DNA from: an uncultured Clostridia bacterium
Lineage (GTDB): Bacteria > Bacillota > Clostridia > TANB77 > CAG-465
Length of the DNA stretch: 64,000 nt
Direction: 5' to 3'
Assembly: GCA_944387375.1 (NCBI GenBank)
Contig: CALXEQ010000003.1
Coordinates: 148,969-212,968, forward strand
Every line of letters starts with the position of its first letter. Position 1 is the first letter of the stretch. Positions 59,446 through 64,000 of this stretch are shown here, in pieces. The notes under the pieces were generated by a model. That model was not told the DNA's origin, searched no databases, and worked only from the letters and a program-made list of their open reading frames with translations. Both the position numbers and the translations under genes were made by a program.

Positions 59446-59971
59446 TAAACTCCTCCTCGCACACTGCTTGTACACAAAGCCTAAAATCTGGAGAAGAAGT
59501 TATACACGTTATTAAAGTTAAAGTGTCTTTATTTGTACTATCTAAATATGAGAAATCATTATAACTTATAACTTTCTTTTGCATTACAGAATATATTTTA
59601 TTATTACCATTATATGAATAATATATTTTATCTCCTACTTCTAAAAGATTAATATCCTTAAAATAATTATTTGCATATCCACTATTATGTGCTGCCAAAC
59701 ATATATTTCCTGTAAATACAGCAGAATTTGGGAAATGACCAATATAGCTTTCTAATATAATACTATTTACACTCTCTTTTATCGGGATTTTTTCTAGATT
59801 TATTTTTGGAATTGTTATAGACCAAAGGTTTTCATGAATAAAAACTGTTTCATTTTGATATAAATTTAAATTGTTAAGATTAAGATCAGAATTAACTTTT
59901 ATATTTATTTTAGGTTTATATATTAAACTCATATACATTATTACAAACAATGTTATTAACTTTAAGTGCAA
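59432..59971 (-). CDS. Sortase (small class B/D-like transpeptidase)
   Basis: 179 aa with TTG start (RBS GGAGGTGA 8 nt upstream) and an N-terminal signal anchor. Catalytic His is in CLAAHNSGY, the catalytic Cys motif is DTLTLITC, and a downstream Arg is in DFRLCVQAV. It overlaps the TED gene by 14 nt. Confidence 0.75.
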   Translation of the reverse strand: MHLKLITLFVIMYMSLIYKPKINIKVNSDLNLNNLNLYQNETVFIHENLWSITIPKINLEKIPIKESVNSIILESYIGHFPNSAVFTGNICLAAHNSGYANNYFKDINLLEVGDKIYYSYNGNNKIYSVMQKKVISYNDFSYLDSTNKDTLTLITCITSSPDFRLCVQAVCEEEFNENV

Positions 59972-60086
59972 AAACTTCTCACCTCCAAGCTTTTAGGTAA
60001 CTTAATTATATAACTGCTTTTTCATTATGTCAAAGATTTTTCATCGTAAAATTACGACAAAAAAAGATGATAAAATATCATCTTTT

Positions 60087-60389
60087 TTATAAAATTAAAA
60101 ATATAAGTCCAAAAAACATAAGTCCAAGAATTATTGCAACTATAACAGATCCTATCGCACCCAAAAAGCTAATTATAGCTAAAAATACCATAGCAAGTAC
60201 ATAGCCTATTGCACCAGTTATAATACCAGATATGAAGCCAGTAACTAATGATAAAATAGACCAGGTAGTTAAAAAGTTGGCTACTGCACTTATACAAGCA
60301 TAAATCAATACGGATTTTACAAATCCTATTTCTTTTGCTATTTTTAGTAAAACTATTATGAATATTAATGTTAAAAATAAGTTTAGCAT
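60087..60389 (-). CDS. Small polytopic membrane protein (100 aa), unknown function
   Basis: Three hydrophobic helices, a Gly-rich helix GFISGIITGAIGYVLAMVFLAIISFLGAIG, and good coding character. Confidence 0.45.
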   Translation of the reverse strand: MLNLFLTLIFIIVLLKIAKEIGFVKSVLIYACISAVANFLTTWSILSLVTGFISGIITGAIGYVLAMVFLAIISFLGAIGSVIVAIILGLMFFGLIFLIL

Positions 60390-60515
60390 AATATCACCAC
60401 CTTAAAAAATTTTTTTAAGTTTCTCTTTATCTGAATATTAATATTATACCATAATATTTAATATTTATCTATATAGCATCAAAATATACATAAAAAAGTA
60501 GTGTATTACAACAAT

Positions 60516-60956
60516 TTAACATACACTACTATCATCTGTTTTTACTAAATCTTTTATTACATCGTAATATTTTTCATCCTCATCCCAAAAAATATCATCG
60601 CCTACAAGCATATATGCTCTTAGTAAAAATTCTCTTGCTTGATTATTATCTTTTGTCTCTACTAAAGATTGTCCAAGTCTAAATAATACATATGGATTGC
60701 TAACTCCATTAGGACAATTTTTCGCTTCAAAAAAATAATCTCTAGCCATATCATATTGCTTATTTTTAAAAAATAAATCACCAATTGATACAAATATCCA
60801 GGTTGCTGTTTCATATGATGTCTTAGGATTTGGAATAATATCTAATGCTTCCTTATACTTTCTATAAGCCTCTTTAGTATTACCTTCGTCCAAGAAATCA
60901 TCAGCAGCTCTACATATTCTTTCAATATCTTCAGTATAGCTTTTATTAAGCTGCAT
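60516..60956 (-). CDS. TPR-like repeat protein
   Basis: The likely start is MQLNKSY, and the tracked ORF starts 10 codons upstream. Helical repeat pattern AYRKYKEALDIIPNP ... YDMARDYFFEAKNC ... NQAREFLLRAYMLVGDD. Confidence 0.45.
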   Translation of the reverse strand: MQLNKSYTEDIERICRAADDFLDEGNTKEAYRKYKEALDIIPNPKTSYETATWIFVSIGDLFFKNKQYDMARDYFFEAKNCPNGVSNPYVLFRLGQSLVETKDNNQAREFLLRAYMLVGDDIFWDEDEKYYDVIKDLVKTDDSSVC

Positions 60957-61106
60957 AATCTCCCTCCACAAAAAATATGAATTCAAATAAAATTATAACA
61001 AAAAATTATTTATATGTATACATTTTTTTACAAATTTTTAAAAATATTTTTTTTGACTTTAATATTTGTATATGTTATAATTTGTTTATTAAGGAAGGAT
61101 AATATT

Positions 61107-61559
61107 ATGGAGGAAGAAAAATTAGTAAGAAATTTAAGTTTAACAAAAAAAGGTAAATATACATCATGGACAAATACAGGTATGTCTGCATCAAAAAACA
61201 ATATATTTGGTTTTGGTGAAACTGTATGTGCTGCATCTGGCAATCCAACAAAAATAATTAGAACTATGAAAACATACAATGGATTTAGAAGACTTGCAAG
61301 AATATCACCTAAGGGTATGCTTATTCGTGCATCTGTAGATGAAAATGGTACTATAGTTAAATTATTTAAAGTTGAACGTGTAGATGAAAAATCAAAAAAA
61401 ATTTATTTCAATTTAGTTGCAACTTTAAAGAATAAAAAATGGGATGACTCATCCTATGTAAATATGTATAAAGTTGGTATTCACTCTTCAATAAGAAGAG
61501 CAAAAAAATATTATATACTAAAATCTAAAAAACAAGAAAACACCCTAAAACATAAATAG
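61107..61559 (+). CDS. Hypothetical 150-aa protein (plus strand)
   Basis: RBS AAGGAAGG 8 nt before ATG 61107 (MEEEKLVRNLSLTKKGK...). The longer tracked ORF from 61014 lacks an RBS. I recognise no motif. Confidence 0.45.
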   Translation: MEEEKLVRNLSLTKKGKYTSWTNTGMSASKNNIFGFGETVCAASGNPTKIIRTMKTYNGFRRLARISPKGMLIRASVDENGTIVKLFKVERVDEKSKKIYFNLVATLKNKKWDDSSYVNMYKVGIHSSIRRAKKYYILKSKKQENTLKHK

Positions 61560-61576
61560 TTTTAGGGCTTTATTTT
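61543..61576 (+). terminator. Rho-independent terminator for the plus-strand gene (stop codon lies in loop)
   Basis: Stem CCCTAAAAC (61543-61551) / GTTTTAGGG (61559-61567), loop ATAAATA, then CTTTATTTT. Confidence 0.55.
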
Positions 61577-62202
61577 ACTTCAATAGTCAAATAATCTGAA
61601 ACTTCATTTGAAGTATCAAATTTTATTAATACATTATTATATTCTAATTCATTATACTGTGCATTACTTCTTAAAGTATAATATCTGTATCTATATCCTG
61701 TATCAGTTCTAGTACTAGAAGATTTTGTTCTTAAAAACACAAAATATTCTCCTTTTTCTAGTTTATTTAAATCTATATTGCTTATTTCCTCCTCTTCTAT
61801 AATTGTAGTAAAATCTATTCCTTCCATAGAAATTAAATAATCTGTATCAAACTCATATTTATCTCCGCTTTTATCCTTTAAAACTATTTGTATGTTTTGT
61901 AGATTACTAATTACAGAATCTGTTATATTTTCTTTTAATTCTCCTTCTATTATTAATCTATTATTATCTAATTCAAATCTATTTATATCACATATTTGTC
62001 TTTCAATAGACGTTGACATCTGATCAATAGAACTAGCACCTTTTTCCTCTTGTCTTTTACTATGATTATTTGCAACTATAAAACCACAAATAATAGCAAT
62101 AACAATACCAAGGAATAGAAAAAATAATATAATTCCTCTGTTTTGATCTTGTCTTCCTAAGTAATTGTTAGTTTTCAAGTTTATATTCCTCCTTTGCTTC
62201 AA
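61570..62202 (-). CDS. Hypothetical membrane-anchored protein (N-terminal TM, extracytoplasmic domain)
   Basis: 210 aa. After the basic N-terminus comes the TM segment GIILFFLFLGIVIAIICGFIVA. The start overlaps the add stop by 35 nt. Confidence 0.45.
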   Translation of the reverse strand: MKQRRNINLKTNNYLGRQDQNRGIILFFLFLGIVIAIICGFIVANNHSKRQEEKGASSIDQMSTSIERQICDINRFELDNNRLIIEGELKENITDSVISNLQNIQIVLKDKSGDKYEFDTDYLISMEGIDFTTIIEEEEISNIDLNKLEKGEYFVFLRTKSSSTRTDTGYRYRYYTLRSNAQYNELEYNNVLIKFDTSNEVSDYLTIEVK

Positions 62203-63181
62203 AGTCCTTTATCTTAATAAGTAGCTCTTGTTTTTCATTTTCAGATATAAATGCTGCATTTACAGAATTTATGTTCATTTTCACTATATCATTAATACTT
62301 AAATTTGTATTTTGCATCAATTTCTCATATTCGTTTTCAAGTGTAGTATTTGAAACTGTCATATTATCTGTATTAATAGTAGTTTTTACATTATCAAAAT
62401 ACAACATAGATATTGGATGAGAAGTATAATCATTACATATACAAGTTTGTATATTACTAGTTGGACAAACCTCTAAAGTAATATCCTCCTCTCTTATTCT
62501 ATTTATTGTATTTTCATCTTCAATAGCCCTTACACCATGTCCTATTCTTTTAGTTCCAAAATCAATAGCACTATTTATACTATCTATTCCATCTGCTTCT
62601 CCCGCATGTATTGTAAAAGGTATGTTATTTTCCTTCACAAATTCAAATATTTTATCGTATGTATAAGTTTTAAAAATAGCCTCTGCGCCAGCTAAATCTA
62701 CAGCACAAACTCCTTTGTTTAAATATTTCTTTGCAACCTCAACTGTTTCATAATTTTCTTTTTCATTATCCTTCCCACGCATTATACATAAAATAACATT
62801 AGATTTTATATCTACTCTATTTTTAGCACTAATAACTGTCTGAACCACTTCATCCTGAGTAAGTCCACGCTTAGTATGAAATTGCGGTGCAAATCTCATT
62901 TCAACATAAATAACATTTTGCTTTTTTAGCTTTTCTAAAAGATTATATACCGCACTTTCTAACTCTTGTTTTGTCTGCATAATACTAATTGGATAATCAA
63001 ATTTAGTAAGATAATCATTTAAATTATGACATTTTTCATCAGCTATCATTTTTTCTTTTATTTCTTTATCAGTTAATCTATATTTATTTTTTATATAATT
63101 TACATCTAAAGAACCGTCTAAATGTAAATGTAACTCAACTTTTGGCATTGTTTTTATAAAATTTAATACTTTTTTCCCCAT
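62168..63181 (-). CDS. add: Adenosine deaminase
   Basis: The start is chosen at MGKKVLNFIKTMPKVELHLHLDGSLD (metal-binding HxHxDG). FTIHAGE, RIGHG and TINTDN(M) motifs are present. Confidence 0.85.
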   Translation of the reverse strand: MGKKVLNFIKTMPKVELHLHLDGSLDVNYIKNKYRLTDKEIKEKMIADEKCHNLNDYLTKFDYPISIMQTKQELESAVYNLLEKLKKQNVIYVEMRFAPQFHTKRGLTQDEVVQTVISAKNRVDIKSNVILCIMRGKDNEKENYETVEVAKKYLNKGVCAVDLAGAEAIFKTYTYDKIFEFVKENNIPFTIHAGEADGIDSINSAIDFGTKRIGHGVRAIEDENTINRIREEDITLEVCPTSNIQTCICNDYTSHPISMLYFDNVKTTINTDNMTVSNTTLENEYEKLMQNTNLSINDIVKMNINSVNAAFISENEKQELLIKIKDFEAKEEYKLEN

Positions 63182-63311
63182 TTTTTCCCTCTTTTTTCTA
63201 ATATATTTTAGCATACACTCAAATATATTACAATTACTTTTGTTAAATTTTCACAATTTTAATATAATAAGTATTTTGCGCTTATTATCAAACATAAATT
63301 TGTAACTTTAT

Positions 63312-64000
63312 CTACTTTTTTATATTTTTCTTTAACATTTTTTGAACTTTAGTCTCTATTCTAGAAACATACGAACGTGATATTCCAAGTTCGTCCGCAA
63401 GTTCTTGTTGTGTCATAGAATTCGAGCCATCTAATCCATATCTTTTATTCATAATATACTTTTCTCTTTTGTTAAGTTTTTTATCTATAAAGTCTAATAC
63501 TTGCTTTAAAACAGTTTTATCATGTATATCATCTACAGCATCCTTTTCTTTTAATACTAAAGTATCTATAAGTTCCATATCATTCCCATCTTTATCTGTC
63601 CCTATAACCTGATTCATTGAAATTTCAGCCTTTTGCTTTTTTGATGTTCTAATATACATTAAAATTTCATTTTCTATACATCTTGATGCATATGTACTAA
63701 TCTTAAAACCTTTATTATCTTTAAAACTATCAATTGCTTTTATAAGTCCTATTGTACCTATTGATGTAAAATCTTCTAATTCTTGTTCATTTGTAGTATA
63801 TTTTTTAGCTATATGTACTACAAGTCTTAAATTATGCTCTATTAATTTATCTCTTGCCTCTTTATCTCCATTAAAATATTGTCTTAAATAATACTCTTCC
63901 TCTGTTTTACTTAAAGGCTCTGGATAAAGTTTATCATTAGATATGTATCCAAATAATCCAAAAAATTTAGATACTATTTCTAATATAAAAGAAAAAAACA
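63312..64000 (-). CDS. sigK: RNA polymerase sporulation sigma factor sigma-K (pro-sigma-K), partial: extreme N-terminus beyond window end
   Basis: The frame is open from 63312 to the window edge. Its translation includes the pro-sequence/region 2 ...GYISNDKLYPEPLSKTEEEYYLRQYFNGDKEARDKLIEHNLRLVVHIAKKY...IGTIGLIKAIDSF...YASRCIENEILMYIR and region 4 TQQELADELGISRSYVSRIE. These closely parallel B. subtilis pro-SigK (SYVKNNAFPQPLSSSEEKKYL...LIEHNLRLVAHIVKKF...ISRSYVSRIE). There is no intervening element. Confidence 0.85.
   Translation of the reverse strand, partial: FFSFILEIVSKFFGLFGYISNDKLYPEPLSKTEEEYYLRQYFNGDKEARDKLIEHNLRLVVHIAKKYTTNEQELEDFTSIGTIGLIKAIDSFKDNKGFKISTYASRCIENEILMYIRTSKKQKAEISMNQVIGTDKDGNDMELIDTLVLKEKDAVDDIHDKTVLKQVLDFIDKKLNKREKYIMNKRYGLDGSNSMTQQELADELGISRSYVSRIETKVQKMLKKNIKK

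Noticed and set aside
63312-64000. Possibility that sigK is split by a skin-like element
   Set aside because: The reading frame is continuous from the pro-sequence through regions 2-4 within the window. Only the first few N-terminal codons lie beyond position 64000, where an interruption cannot be excluded.

Overview
The window is AT-rich, low-GC Firmicutes chromosome that looks clostridial. It carries a sleB-ypeB pair, bofA, an uninterrupted sigK and a spoIIIA operon. Almost every gene is on the minus strand, consistent with one replichore. Gene order from the low-coordinate end follows.

The window opens with the spoIIIA operon (spoIIIAF partial, then AE, AD, AC, AB, AA). Next come a SWIM/SNF2 helicase (YwqA-like), a GH18 spore-type hydrolase, and a D-Ala module (ddl, membrane-anchored murF, alpha/beta hydrolase, alr).

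An apparently accessory stretch spans about 13.5 to 29.3 kb. It holds a plus-strand Sel1-repeat protein, an Rpn/YhgA-like nuclease gene with no canonical start, and two tandem giant sortase-anchored adhesin genes. Adhesin A (1685 aa) has Ig-like domains and a MucBP array. Adhesin B (2538 aa) has two vWA domains, CnaB-like domains and a MucBP array. The 3'-terminal ~3 kb of the two adhesin genes are near-identical at the DNA level.

Housekeeping and sporulation genes follow:
- Ham1-like NTPase, pcrA
- sleB-ypeB, bofA
- rseP, cdsA, frr, topB
- two NodB deacetylases, one apparently a split PdaC-like gene
- htrA, HI0933-like flavoprotein, YnbB-like PLP enzyme
- DUF1292, ruvX, UPF0297, an unknown 577-aa protein, a split TauE/SafE gene, hflX
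- a YwqC/YwqD/YwqE-like BY-kinase module
- metallophosphoesterase, FprA flavodiiron protein, EEP nuclease/phosphatase
- a sortase with a thioester-domain LPITG substrate
- adenosine deaminase, and the 3' part of sigK

I recognised no rRNA, tRNA or CRISPR array. Many plus-strand ORFs in the six-frame track are antisense artefacts, notably the Leu-rich ORFs opposite the adhesin repeats. All calls are from reading the translations and motifs by eye. No database search was run.
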